A stretch of DNA of 64,000 nucleotides from a virus, in IMG/VR virus record IMGVR_UViG_3300021492_000072. One strand, written 5' to 3'. Numbering within the stretch: the first letter of the stretch is position 1; each line of letters begins with the position of its first letter. Positions 27,210 through 36,271 of the stretch are shown here, piece by piece. The notes under the pieces are model-generated. The model was given only the letters and a program-made list of their open reading frames with translations, was not told the DNA's origin and did no database searches. The position numbers were made by a program, and so were the translations under genes.

Positions 27210-28553
27210 TCACAGACCTTTACCCCATGACTTCTCTAAGTCACGGAAGTATGCATATGCCTCCGGCCACTTCTTTTTTAAAAGAGAAGGCTTATGCATG
27301 TAGAACGAGAATGCTTCAGCATACCCTTCTACTGGGTTAGTCACAGAGTAGGGAGTGATGAGACGACGGCGCGTCTCACGAGAGAATCTAAGAACCTTCA
27401 AGAGCTCCCGAAACAAATCCTTAAAACCCTTTGCACTAGTGAAAGCCATTACACGTTCGGTCAGCCTCGACATAGGCACCAGCACTCTCTCAACATATGG
27501 TGTATACGCTTCCGTCATAAACTTCTCCAAATTATCGTGCTTCGCCTGAAGCACGTGGCCAAACTCGTGAAACACCAAACGTCTTGAAGGATACACAGTC
27601 CCCAAAATACGAGACGAAGGAAACGCCACAAAAAGACTTTCACCTATTTTCAATGGTGTATCCCCCAACGTGGTCAAACCCAAACGGTGCGCACCACCAG
27701 TGCCAAGGGCCAACATCTCTGCCACGTCCTTATTAACCCCAGCTTTAGCCAACTGCGATAAAAGCCTCTTCTCATAAGACTCCCAGACAAAGTTACTTTT
27801 CGCCAATCTCCCAGCTTCTGCCTTAAGTACGTCAGAAGCAACCAGTCCTCCAATCAGAGGTAAACGTGGCATTTTATAGTTAACAAGGTGAACGTCTTTC
27901 AGTAGACCTGGGAGTCGCGACTCAAGGACTGACAAAGCAACTCTTGTCCGGCGAACTTGGGGTAAAGTCAACTTACCTTTCAAACTCATATATTTCCCCG
28001 TATGTCGACCCAACCAGTTAAGAACCGGATTCGGTGTTCTCGACGACTTCATTTCCTGAACTACTTTCATCCATTGAGGGTTACTTGGTAAAACCCACTT
28101 CGCACCTTTTTCTGTAAGTAACCGTGCAAGCCTCTCCGCTTCACGCTTAAAAAGCACCCGATGAATAACCCCAGCGCCAACCACACCACCAAGAGCCAAA
28201 CCAGCATAAATTGCTCTCGTTGACTTATACCATTCATCACGGTACTCTTTCTTTATGATCGGAATCCGTCTGCCGCGATAGGTAATCCATTTCTCAACCC
28301 ATTCCTTTGGGAAGCGAATTCGTTGTTCCTCACCCCGGCGTGTCAATTCAGGGATTTTTTCTTCAAGCTCGAAAACGTAAGCTCCTTTTTGGTCTGGTAA
28401 AATCTCAACGTGAGGAAGAAAACCCTCTAATACATCAGAAGGTATTCCGTTAGGAAATGCAGGGCAAGCAAGCTTACGTGACTGAAAGTGTTTACACCCT
28501 AGGCATAAAGGTCCATACTCAAAATGAGGTGGCTTTATAAGTTCAATCATCAA
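27210..28553 (-). CDS. multidomain protein with C-terminal zincin-like metallopeptidase
   Basis: HEFGH and YS.TN..E..AEAF; N-terminal C..CKH...C.AFP.GIP; WITYRGRRIPI; short hydrophobic segment. Confidence 0.7.
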   Translation of the reverse strand: MMIELIKPPHFEYGPLCLGCKHFQSRKLACPAFPNGIPSDVLEGFLPHVEILPDQKGAYVFELEEKIPELTRRGEEQRIRFPKEWVEKWITYRGRRIPIIKKEYRDEWYKSTRAIYAGLALGGVVGAGVIHRVLFKREAERLARLLTEKGAKWVLPSNPQWMKVVQEMKSSRTPNPVLNWLGRHTGKYMSLKGKLTLPQVRRTRVALSVLESRLPGLLKDVHLVNYKMPRLPLIGGLVASDVLKAEAGRLAKSNFVWESYEKRLLSQLAKAGVNKDVAEMLALGTGGAHRLGLTTLGDTPLKIGESLFVAFPSSRILGTVYPSRRLVFHEFGHVLQAKHDNLEKFMTEAYTPYVERVLVPMSRLTERVMAFTSAKGFKDLFRELLKVLRFSRETRRRLITPYSVTNPVEGYAEAFSFYMHKPSLLKKKWPEAYAYFRDLEKSWGKGL

Positions 28554-28601
28554 CAGAATCTATCATGGTACCTCCACCTCACGGTCAAGCGTCCAAGTCA
28601 A

Positions 28602-28712
28602 CTAGCGGGGATGGATCACCTTATACCCACACTGTGGGCAAACCCAAAAAACACCTCCTGTTTTCGCCTTACGGGGCTCCAAAAGAGAACCACACTCAGG
28701 GCACAAGTGCAT
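28602..28712 (-). CDS. unannotated zinc-ribbon microprotein (RpoM/TFS N-terminal-like)
   Basis: Hand translation MHLCPECGSLLEPRKAKTGGVFWVCPQCGYKVIHPR*; may start at in-frame TTG 28754, adding a hydrophobic leader. Confidence 0.65.
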   Translation of the reverse strand: MHLCPECGSLLEPRKAKTGGVFWVCPQCGYKVIHPR

Positions 28713-28759
28713 AGGAACAACTAAGAAGAAACCAGTTAGAATTAAAAGGAGCAACCTTA

Positions 28760-29233
28760 TCAACTTCTACTCGCTTTACCAACGGCGTAATTATCCAAAC
28801 CCTCTGTTAAAGTCACAAAAACTGACGACACAGAACGAGGAAGCTTCTGAAGAACTTTCTCAGCTACTAAATTAGATAAAGTCTCTGCTAGTGGCTCACC
28901 TTCGATTATCGTAACTTCCGACTTTGGTAGAATCATAAAATGATTTCCTGCCTCTGTTGTGTATCGAATCTCAACGGACTCAAACTTCACTTTAGCGTAC
29001 TTAGATGAAACTATCAACTTATGGTCTACCCACTCATTCAAAGTGTCCTTCAACGCCTTCTTTAAGACCACAAAGTCAATAAGCATCCCCTTTTCATCAG
29101 GAGTTCCGCAAACCGCAACGCTGACACGACTGCTGTGACCGTGAACGCTTTTACACTTACCTTCATAAAAAGCTAAAAAGTGCACGTAACAGCAATCAAC
29201 AGTACATACGTTATTAACACCTATTATTGCCAT
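28760..29233 (-). CDS. queD: 6-carboxytetrahydropterin synthase
   Basis: H......GKC..VHGH, GMLIDF..LK, DHK, AE, TE. Confidence 0.88.
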   Translation of the reverse strand: MAIIGVNNVCTVDCCYVHFLAFYEGKCKSVHGHSSRVSVAVCGTPDEKGMLIDFVVLKKALKDTLNEWVDHKLIVSSKYAKVKFESVEIRYTTEAGNHFMILPKSEVTIIEGEPLAETLSNLVAEKVLQKLPRSVSSVFVTLTEGLDNYAVGKASRS

Positions 29234-29711
29234 TCCTCTCCTCCTTACAGCAGTTTAAACATAGACTTAAGAAGTCTTCTAACTTATACACGTACAAGCG
29301 ACTCTCTTCCAACATTACTAACATCCAAACCTTAAGCTCGCATTTCAAAGGCGTAACTACTACTGTAGGCCCATGACTTCTATGCGCTACTAGCACGGGT
29401 GTACTATTAACTGGCGTTTCCGAGACGGTCTGGTGCCACCAAGAAACAATTCCTGAAGATGCGCCAGTTAAGAAATCTTCAACCCGGTAGTCCTTCCTGT
29501 TTTTTAGCTCAAACGTACAGTAACACCTCGGATAATCTGTGGTATTTATCTGCACAACATCACCACAAAATTGGAACATTCTTCCCTTTTGCTTAAAAGT
29601 CGCTCTCCTCCAAAAAACAGAGTCATCGCGCCCTTCAGACCAAGCCAAGGAAAGCAAACGGCAAAACTGCCTCTCAAACCTACTTCCTTTATCCTTCTCT
29701 CGTTTTCCCAC
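29214..29711 (-). CDS. Holliday junction resolvase (Hjc-like PD-(D/E)XK)
   Basis: KGSRFER, GD, FELKNR, WW.Q, PVL. Confidence 0.8.
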   Translation of the reverse strand: MGKREKDKGSRFERQFCRLLSLAWSEGRDDSVFWRRATFKQKGRMFQFCGDVVQINTTDYPRCYCTFELKNRKDYRVEDFLTGASSGIVSWWHQTVSETPVNSTPVLVAHRSHGPTVVVTPLKCELKVWMLVMLEESRLYVYKLEDFLSLCLNCCKEERNGNNRC

Positions 29712-29883
29712 TTTGGGCTCTCATTCTCTTGATCAACCCAACAACACTTTTCAGAAGCTTCGCACCAAAACGCACTGTCACTCTAAGAGGTTTGAACTTA
29801 ACGTCACACGATACGTAATCAGCGAGATGACCCTCAAGAGACTCACTGTTTACCTTTACATACAATTTTTCTCTCTCCTCCAT
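29689..29883 (-). CDS. hypothetical protein
   Basis: GGAGG RBS. Confidence 0.5.
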   Translation of the reverse strand: MEEREKLYVKVNSESLEGHLADYVSCDVKFKPLRVTVRFGAKLLKSVVGLIKRMRAQSGKTREG

Positions 29884-29906
29884 AGTACTACCTCCTACTC
29901 ATACGA

Positions 29907-30284
29907 TCATAACCCGATCCAAACCAGCCGGGCTTCGGCGTCACTACATGTGACGCCAACAAAGGAAGCTAATACTCGAATCGCGCTGACGGGATCGGCT
30001 ACAGTCCACCACCATCGACGCTGACCATGTATATCTAACTCTACCCCACGAAACATAGCCTTAGCGTCTTTCTCTAATCTTTTCCACAACAACTCAACTA
30101 ACGCACAAAACAAAGAACAGCTCTCAAGCGCCACAGACACACGCATACCATATGGGACTCGGTCTACTGAAAGCTGCCAACCGAGCTTAACCATGTAAAG
30201 CCGCTCAAGATAAGTTAAAAACCTACTTCCCTCTTTCTCCATTCCACACCACAATATGCTCACGGCATCCAAAGATGTAACCAT
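29907..30284 (-). CDS. hypothetical protein
   Basis: ORF track; true start probably downstream of the queE stop. Confidence 0.4.
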   Translation of the reverse strand: MVTSLDAVSILWCGMEKEGSRFLTYLERLYMVKLGWQLSVDRVPYGMRVSVALESCSLFCALVELLWKRLEKDAKAMFRGVELDIHGQRRWWWTVADPVSAIRVLASFVGVTCSDAEARLVWIGL

Positions 30285-30897
30285 AACGTCCGCAAAAGTT
30301 GATAGTTTTTTCTGCTACCTTCAAAAACTCCTCACGGTTCTTACATTGAGGCATCACTCTCACTTCCGAACACTTAAAAAAGTCAACACAATGCGTGATA
30401 AATTGGCGCAGCTTATCTTCCGCCTCATCATACACAAACTTTAAACTCATATCATGATGCCTCGCGCCCCAACGAAGCTCGTCTTTGCCTATATGAAGCT
30501 TTGGTGAGATTTCATAATGATCCACGAGTAACTCAAGCATAAGCGGGGGGCATATCGTCCCATTTGTCTCAACGCAAACCACAAAACGTTCTTTTTTCAG
30601 TTGAGTCACCAAATCCACCAGTTCGTCCCTGGGTTGAAACAGAGGTTCACCTCCCGTCAAAACGACCATCTTCGCTCCAAGTTGGTGCACACGTGCTAAC
30701 ACTGAACTCACCGGCATAGTAGCAGCGTCAGCGTCGTCCCAACTGTATTTCGAATCACAAAACACACACGGACGCGGTCGACTAAACCGCTCAATATCTA
30801 AGTAAAGATTACACCCCGCGAACCTTACAAAAACCGCAGGATAGCCTACGTACTTTCCTTCACCTTGCAGAGATTCGAAGATCTCCACTATTTTCAC
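30223..30897 (-). CDS. queE: 7-carboxy-7-deazaguanine synthase (radical SAM)
   Basis: EIFESLQGEG...G.PAVFVRFAGCNL, CX14CX2C, LTGGEP, ETNG, SPK, H. Confidence 0.93.
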   Translation of the reverse strand: MKIVEIFESLQGEGKYVGYPAVFVRFAGCNLYLDIERFSRPRPCVFCDSKYSWDDADAATMPVSSVLARVHQLGAKMVVLTGGEPLFQPRDELVDLVTQLKKERFVVCVETNGTICPPLMLELLVDHYEISPKLHIGKDELRWGARHHDMSLKFVYDEAEDKLRQFITHCVDFFKCSEVRVMPQCKNREEFLKVAEKTINFCGRYGYIFGCREHIVVWNGERGK

Positions 30898-30908
30898 TTA
30901 GCATCCCC

Positions 30909-31487
30909 CTACTCTAAGTTACTGTGCACTGCTTTCATTTGAGCCTCACTAACACCGAGTTTCTCCATTAACAAAGCGACACATGTCTCAAAGACAACCA
31001 GCGTCGCTACCTCAAACAAGCTACCTAATGGGAACCTCATAGGTGTACCAGCCACTTCACGACACTCAAAAGCTTCCAACCCGCCAGGAATTTGCGGAAG
31101 CGAAGACGGAACCCATAGTACAAAATCAGCTAATTCCGCGAGTGGAGACCCACGATCCGCTGTAACCCCCAAAACTCTTGAACCACGCGACTTCGCAAGC
31201 CGTGTTACATCTACAACTGTTGTAGTTCTTCCACTCCCCGAAACCGCGATAAAACCGTCCCCTTCACGAATCGCGGGGGTCACCGTCTCACCTACTACGA
31301 AAGTCTTCACACCCAAATGAACTAGACGCATAGCAAAAGCTTTCGCGACCAAACCCGAGCGACCTGCACCAATGAGGTAAACACGGGGCAATGACGCGAT
31401 CAGGTTGGTAAAATCAACCAGTGCTTCGGGCGGGATCTTAGAAACAACACTCCGGATCACATCTACTGTTCTTAACACTAACCCCAA
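30909..31487 (-). CDS. hxlB: 6-phospho-3-hexuloisomerase (SIS domain)
   Basis: GAGRSGLVAKAFAMRL.HLG, VVGETVTPAI, SGSG.T, PLGSLFE, H.NLE. Confidence 0.9.
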   Translation of the reverse strand: MGLVLRTVDVIRSVVSKIPPEALVDFTNLIASLPRVYLIGAGRSGLVAKAFAMRLVHLGVKTFVVGETVTPAIREGDGFIAVSGSGRTTTVVDVTRLAKSRGSRVLGVTADRGSPLAELADFVLWVPSSLPQIPGGLEAFECREVAGTPMRFPLGSLFEVATLVVFETCVALLMEKLGVSEAQMKAVHSNLE

Positions 31488-31490
31488 TCA

Positions 31491-31682
31491 CTACTCCTCT
31501 AGTGTTACTTTAAGCTCCCCTCGATCCCATCCTGCTTCAGCAGTATCGTATACTAAATCCACAACTTCTCTTTCAAGCCAAACTGCTACCCTTCTAGCAC
31601 TCTCCTCATCCAAAACAATAACTGTCGACTGCCCATCATAACCAGGAGGTGCGCTTTTAACTCTAACTCTAAGCAACTTCAT
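31491..31682 (-). CDS. hypothetical protein
   Basis: GGAGG RBS. Confidence 0.55.
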   Translation of the reverse strand: MKLLRVRVKSAPPGYDGQSTVIVLDEESARRVAVWLEREVVDLVYDTAEAGWDRGELKVTLEE

Positions 31683-31694
31683 CGCTTTCCTCCT

Positions 31695-32333
31695 TTACTT
31701 CTTACCTGACATTATAGAGCTAACTCCACCTTCACTCCACTGAGCGGAGTCCTCAACTGGTTGAAACGGACGAGTAAGTCTAACAGCAAGCTCTTTCATA
31801 ACCGAGAGTTCTTTTCTCTTCACTTTTCCCACCACGTCTATGCGTCTTAGCTCCTCTGAAGTAAGTGTGAAAGCCACTATGAAGTCGTCAACGCGTTTCA
31901 GGCAAACTCGACGTGTTTTATCACGAAATGTCATATGCCCAACAGCGACGCGCTTCCTCAAGACCTCACGTAGCAACACGTAAGCATGCGCATCACCATC
32001 AGGACCTACTACGTAAGCAGTATCGTGGTAAATCTCGGGAACGTGAGGAGCAAAGTAATCAACATGAATCGTTTTATCATCAACAACCATCAACTTATCA
32101 ACAGGATCAACAGGAACCAACTGACCTTTTGAAACCTCATAACCTCTCATCGCTTCGCTCCGGTCCACTTCTCGGCCGCACGACTCACAGAATAAGCGGT
32201 ATTTAAGCTTTCTGTGACACGTAGGACAAATTAAGTGTAGTGGAGTCCCATGATTACTCGGAAACGCTCTATAAAGCCTGACCGGCACTTCAACTGATCG
32301 AACCCTTATTATACCCTGCCAAACTGTTCGCAT
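31695..32333 (-). CDS. ku: Ku DNA end-binding protein
   Basis: MRTVWQG.I....VPVRLY.A, C..CGREV....RGYEVSKG..V, AYVLLREVL. Confidence 0.85.
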   Translation of the reverse strand: MRTVWQGIIRVRSVEVPVRLYRAFPSNHGTPLHLICPTCHRKLKYRLFCESCGREVDRSEAMRGYEVSKGQLVPVDPVDKLMVVDDKTIHVDYFAPHVPEIYHDTAYVVGPDGDAHAYVLLREVLRKRVAVGHMTFRDKTRRVCLKRVDDFIVAFTLTSEELRRIDVVGKVKRKELSVMKELAVRLTRPFQPVEDSAQWSEGGVSSIMSGKK

Positions 32334-32405
32334 CTTTCTTCTTACCTCCTTCTGGCCCTAATTAGAATCGGACCATTAAGTTCTTCCCTACTCATGTAAG
32401 GTAGG

Positions 32406-32762
32406 CTAGTCAACTTCCGTTTCTATCCCCTCTTCTTTCAACGCTTCTGCAAAGAACCCAGCAAGAGCGCTAATTTTAGCGTTAATCCTTCTGGTTTTCA
32501 TTACTATCATCCTCTCAAGTTCAGATTTCAGCTTCATTAACTCCTCAACAGCTTTTTCCGCAGTCTCAGAGTCAGAAATCGGATTACTCACCAACTCTAA
32601 CTTCACAAACGGCTTCCCCCCTTCTAGTATCTCCTTGTCGTAACAGTACTTCCCCTGCAGAACCTCTAGTTTAACCCTGTCTTTGAACGCGACTTCCACC
32701 TCAAGCTCCACTGTAGCCTCTAGAACCACATACTCCGGCTTTCTGCTAACTTTCACCCTCAT
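32406..32762 (-). CDS. hypothetical protein, family C (paralogues 60242, 60596)
   Basis: Shared V.F...KLEVLQG...DK..L.G...F..L. Confidence 0.6.
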   Translation of the reverse strand: MRVKVSRKPEYVVLEATVELEVEVAFKDRVKLEVLQGKYCYDKEILEGGKPFVKLELVSNPISDSETAEKAVEELMKLKSELERMIVMKTRRINAKISALAGFFAEALKEEGIETEVD

Positions 32763-32777
32763 CTCTTCTCACCTCCT

Positions 32778-32978
32778 TTATCTAAAACAATCTGCGAGCT
32801 CATCCAGTATCGCATCTCTAACAGCACTGTCATATATTTCTCCATGCCCCTCTTTTGCTATCTTTTCAATACCCGCTCGCAGTTCTCTCTTGATATGATT
32901 TATCAGTTCTTTCACCTTTTCCTCACCTTCAGAACTGAACATCCCAAACTCTTCAAACTCTTCTTTCTCTCGATTCAT
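32778..32978 (-). CDS. small acidic protein
   Basis: RBS; FGMFS.EG, HGE..D..VR. Confidence 0.55.
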   Translation of the reverse strand: MNREKEEFEEFGMFSSEGEEKVKELINHIKRELRAGIEKIAKEGHGEIYDSAVRDAILDELADCFR

Positions 32979-33006
32979 CCCTCACCTCCTTCTCTTACAA
33001 GCTTCG

Positions 33007-33321
33007 CTAGAATCTTCCTGTTCTTTCAATAGCGTCCTTCAAAGCCTCAGCTCCTGCTACTACTTCCACATTCCACCTACAAACAACTCTAGCAGGAGAG
33101 CCTTCACTAAGAGGTGTACACGACAAATAAAAACTCGGGATTTTTCCTTCAGTATCCTCTATCAGATAAACCGTCACTTCACGCACTACTTCAAAGTTAT
33201 CCACAGCACCACACACTGGGCATGCAAATGAATCCGGCATAAGGGACCCAGGATCATAGGAGAGACCCTCAAGTCGATCTCTCTCAACCACACTCTGACA
33301 GTTCTTGCATCTGACACGCAT
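33007..33321 (-). CDS. zinc-ribbon protein
   Basis: CKNC...CPVCG. Confidence 0.6.
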   Translation of the reverse strand: MRVRCKNCQSVVERDRLEGLSYDPGSLMPDSFACPVCGAVDNFEVVREVTVYLIEDTEGKIPSFYLSCTPLSEGSPARVVCRWNVEVVAGAEALKDAIERTGRF

Positions 33322-33371
33322 CTGACCTACCTCTTTGAAAAAAATTATTATTAAATATTAAAAAAGAGACC

Positions 33372-34085
33372 TTACTTCCACCCACGTTGCTCGAGGAGTT
33401 CAAGCAACTGTAAACCCCGCACAACTGACCGGGTCAGTGATACAAGTGGTACATAGACCGCCTCTTTCAATACAATGCTCGCAACTCCTAACTTTCTATC
33501 TGGCGCTACAGTGACTGCCCGAAAAGAACCAAAAGGCCCCAAGACCTTCCACCTCCAGCTACGGAGTTCCATTACAACAAGTTCGTAACCCAACCGCGTG
33601 AGAAACCAAGCCATAAACGACTGGTGTGTAGCAAATTCCACCATATCAAGTATAAAATTCACACCTTTCAACATTAACTCACCTGTGATATCAAGCTCAG
33701 GTATTAGCGTCCGAAACTTCATCAAGCAGGTCACATTCTCACTAGACGTATGTGTGGTTGGCTGTTTCAGAGCGTCCCTCGTCGCATGGCTAATAAAGTC
33801 AAGCATACCTAGTTTCGCCCATTTACAAACATTGTCACTCGCCAAAACTGATCCGAACCGTCGGGTGAGCTCCATCAATTCCCACTTACTGTCAGGCAAA
33901 CCGATTTGAAAGTCCTCCAAGTCAACCTGCTTATGGATGCCTGACGTCATACTTACAGTAATTGAAGTTTTATGTGGATTTATCATTGCTGTAACAGAAA
34001 CCCAACTACGTACAGCCGATCCACTCCGAAACGGGATAGACCCCTGCAGACGGAGCAACTTCAACTGCCAGAACAAACGTTTCAT
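33372..34085 (-). CDS. hypothetical protein, family D (paralogue 43679)
   Basis: MKRL.W.LK, L.RLGY, W.V, L.....GL..L.ELE-like end; both 237 aa. Confidence 0.6.
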   Translation of the reverse strand: MKRLFWQLKLLRLQGSIPFRSGSAVRSWVSVTAMINPHKTSITVSMTSGIHKQVDLEDFQIGLPDSKWELMELTRRFGSVLASDNVCKWAKLGMLDFISHATRDALKQPTTHTSSENVTCLMKFRTLIPELDITGELMLKGVNFILDMVEFATHQSFMAWFLTRLGYELVVMELRSWRWKVLGPFGSFRAVTVAPDRKLGVASIVLKEAVYVPLVSLTRSVVRGLQLLELLEQRGWK

Positions 34086-34198
34086 GTGTCTTCTCGCTCA
34101 ACAACACATCAACAGTATTAAGATCCATAAAATCAGGCCTATTAAACACCCAAGAAGAATTCCCTTAGCTGCGTTTAAGCCATTGTCGTCCTTCTTCA

Positions 34199-34558
34199 TC
34201 ACCTAACCCACTCTTCTACATCTTGATATGATAAGCATTTCGTGCACTCCAGTAAAAGAAGGCCTTTAATCCCAGGCCGTTTCATTGTGTCTGATAGCCA
34301 ACTAACCAAATCTGACACTGAATAAAACACAGGGGTACAGTGAGTGAGAGGGGCGAACTTATATCGTTTCGCGTGTGCGATCCAGTCAGGAAACTTTAGT
34401 TTAAATATCCTCCAGAACTTAAAAGGGTAAGGTTCAACCCTTATAAAGTACCTAGAAGTAACCCACAATTTATCAACCGAAGCTTTCTGGACGTCACTAC
34501 TTACTTCCCGTAACACACACGTCAATAAAGGCCACTCTGCACGTCTTCCAGCCCGCAT
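34199..34558 (-). CDS. family A protein, divergent subfamily copy
   Basis: Y.I.VEP...FW..FK.K.P.W...AKRY...P.F....L..WLSDT scaffold. Confidence 0.7.
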   Translation of the reverse strand: MRAGRRAEWPLLTCVLREVSSDVQKASVDKLWVTSRYFIRVEPYPFKFWRIFKLKFPDWIAHAKRYKFAPLTHCTPVFYSVSDLVSWLSDTMKRPGIKGLLLLECTKCLSYQDVEEWVR

Positions 34559-34564
34559 TACTTT

Positions 34565-34945
34565 TCACCATCTTAACCTATGTTTTACACCCCGATATGC
34601 TAAGTATTTCGTACACTCCAACAAAAGAAGGTTTCTAATCTCAGGACGCTTCATTGTATCTGACAACCAACTAACGAGATCCGTCACTGAATAGAACCAC
34701 GGAGTATAAGGAGCAAAAAGATCGACTTCAAACCGCTTCGCATATACAATCCAATCAGGAAACTTCAGCTTAAACAACTTCCAAAACTCGCGAGAGTGAG
34801 GTTCAACCTTTATATAGTAACGAGAAGGAATCCACCCCCATACATCATCAACCGAAGCTGACTGTACATCACAGCTTACTGAACGCAACACACTTGTTAA
34901 GAAAGGCCACCCAAATAGTCTCTGGTTTGTATTACACTTTCTCAC
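34565..34945 (-). CDS. family A protein, divergent subfamily copy
   Basis: Same scaffold as 34199. Confidence 0.7.
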   Translation of the reverse strand: MRKCNTNQRLFGWPFLTSVLRSVSCDVQSASVDDVWGWIPSRYYIKVEPHSREFWKLFKLKFPDWIVYAKRFEVDLFAPYTPWFYSVTDLVSWLSDTMKRPEIRNLLLLECTKYLAYRGVKHRLRW

Positions 34946-35301
34946 CTACTAACCCGCGCTTCTATATTATACTTTGCACACTCTAATAGAAGCAGGCCCC
35001 TAACTCCTGGTCGCCTTATTGTATCTGACAACCATGCGATCAAATCTGACACCGAATAAAACCGGGGGGTGTAAAGAGAGAAAAAGTGATCGAATCTATA
35101 TCGCTTCGCATGAACGATCCAGTCAGGAAACTTTAGTTTAAATATCCTCCAGAACTCGTGAGAGTAAGGCTCGACCTTTACGTAGTAACGAGGAGGGTCC
35201 CATCCCCACAAAACATCAATTGAAGCTGTTTGTACATCTCGGTTTACTGACTGTAACACACACGTTAATAAAGGCCACTTTACACAACCTTTGGCCTGCA
35301 T
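34942..35301 (-). CDS. family A protein, divergent subfamily copy
   Basis: Same scaffold as 34199. Confidence 0.7.
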   Translation of the reverse strand: MQAKGCVKWPLLTCVLQSVNRDVQTASIDVLWGWDPPRYYVKVEPYSHEFWRIFKLKFPDWIVHAKRYRFDHFFSLYTPRFYSVSDLIAWLSDTIRRPGVRGLLLLECAKYNIEARVSR

Positions 35302-35309
35302 ACACTTTC

Positions 35310-35501
35310 TTACCTCTTTAACTCTCTTGGGTCTTCTAGTTGCTTAACCATTACCTGAGGAGCCCTGCCCAAGAAACATTTATAATTAAAAATCTCCACC
35401 GCTTCCTTTTTGGCTAGCTCGTACGCCTCCTTTACACTAGGAGCATCAATCTCAAAGCTTACCGCATCACCACGATATTTTGCTACTACACTAAACTTCA
35501 T
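35310..35501 (-). CDS. hypothetical protein
   Basis: Coupled ORF. Confidence 0.5.
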   Translation of the reverse strand: MKFSVVAKYRGDAVSFEIDAPSVKEAYELAKKEAVEIFNYKCFLGRAPQVMVKQLEDPRELKR

Positions 35502-36177
35502 CCTTCTTCACCTCCGAGATTTCTCGTTGTATAACTTCAAGTGCTTTAGCCCAAAACGCCTTACTTCCCGCCTTTAATCGCCACAACCTTCCACTTGGCG
35601 ACTCTAGTGCACATATGACATCTCGTAACACCTTCTTGAACAACTCACCCTTCTGAGGTCCAACTACAGTTTGACCTCTAGCTAATATAAGTCGCATAGA
35701 ACAATAGGTGCAGTTACCAGGTGACGCCCACCCAAAGCTAACGACCACCTCTACATCTACTTCGCCCTTATACCAACCCCGCAAAACAGCAGGCTTGACG
35801 TCTGTGAATTCAACTGACTCTAACTCAAAAGGAGTGCGAAGCGCAGCCCGCCGGATTTGAGCTCGCATCTCCGCACGCCTCTTCCGCTCAAGTGCTAGAT
35901 TTCGCTCGTTTCGCTCGTACGATTCAAGACATTGTCTAATAAATTCACGTCCTTGTTGTGTTAGACTCAGATTTACATATCCACGCCTCACCCACCTACA
36001 AAGTGGTAAGGCTACACTCGTAGTGCAACCCCCACAGTCACGAACAAAGTCCGTATCCATGCATCTCAAATCAGGAGCATAGACTTCCTCTTTTGGGCTT
36101 CCAACTTGTATAAATTTCGACTTCAGTTTATAAATCTCCTCAAAAAGTTCCTCATCTGTTGCCTTCCTAAAATTCAT
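35491..36177 (-). CDS. hypothetical protein, family B
   Basis: C-terminal FELE...G.Y...KVLRDVI....P.GRLW.LK domain. Confidence 0.65.
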   Translation of the reverse strand: MNFRKATDEELFEEIYKLKSKFIQVGSPKEEVYAPDLRCMDTDFVRDCGGCTTSVALPLCRWVRRGYVNLSLTQQGREFIRQCLESYERNERNLALERKRRAEMRAQIRRAALRTPFELESVEFTDVKPAVLRGWYKGEVDVEVVVSFGWASPGNCTYCSMRLILARGQTVVGPQKGELFKKVLRDVICALESPSGRLWRLKAGSKAFWAKALEVIQREISEVKKDEV

Positions 36178-36187
36178 CTCTCCTCAT

Positions 36188-36271
36188 CCTCTTAACATGA
36201 TCCTCCACACCTCAACTTTGTCCCTAGTAATTTATATATGCTTTACAGTCCACTTAGTATAAACAATCGTC
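36188..36271 (-). pseudogene. relic duplicate of the 3' end of the exonuclease gene
   Basis: Similar to 36719-36806 (cctcttaacatgatcc.ccacacctcaactttgtc.ctagtaa...gtataaacaatcgtc). Confidence 0.75.
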
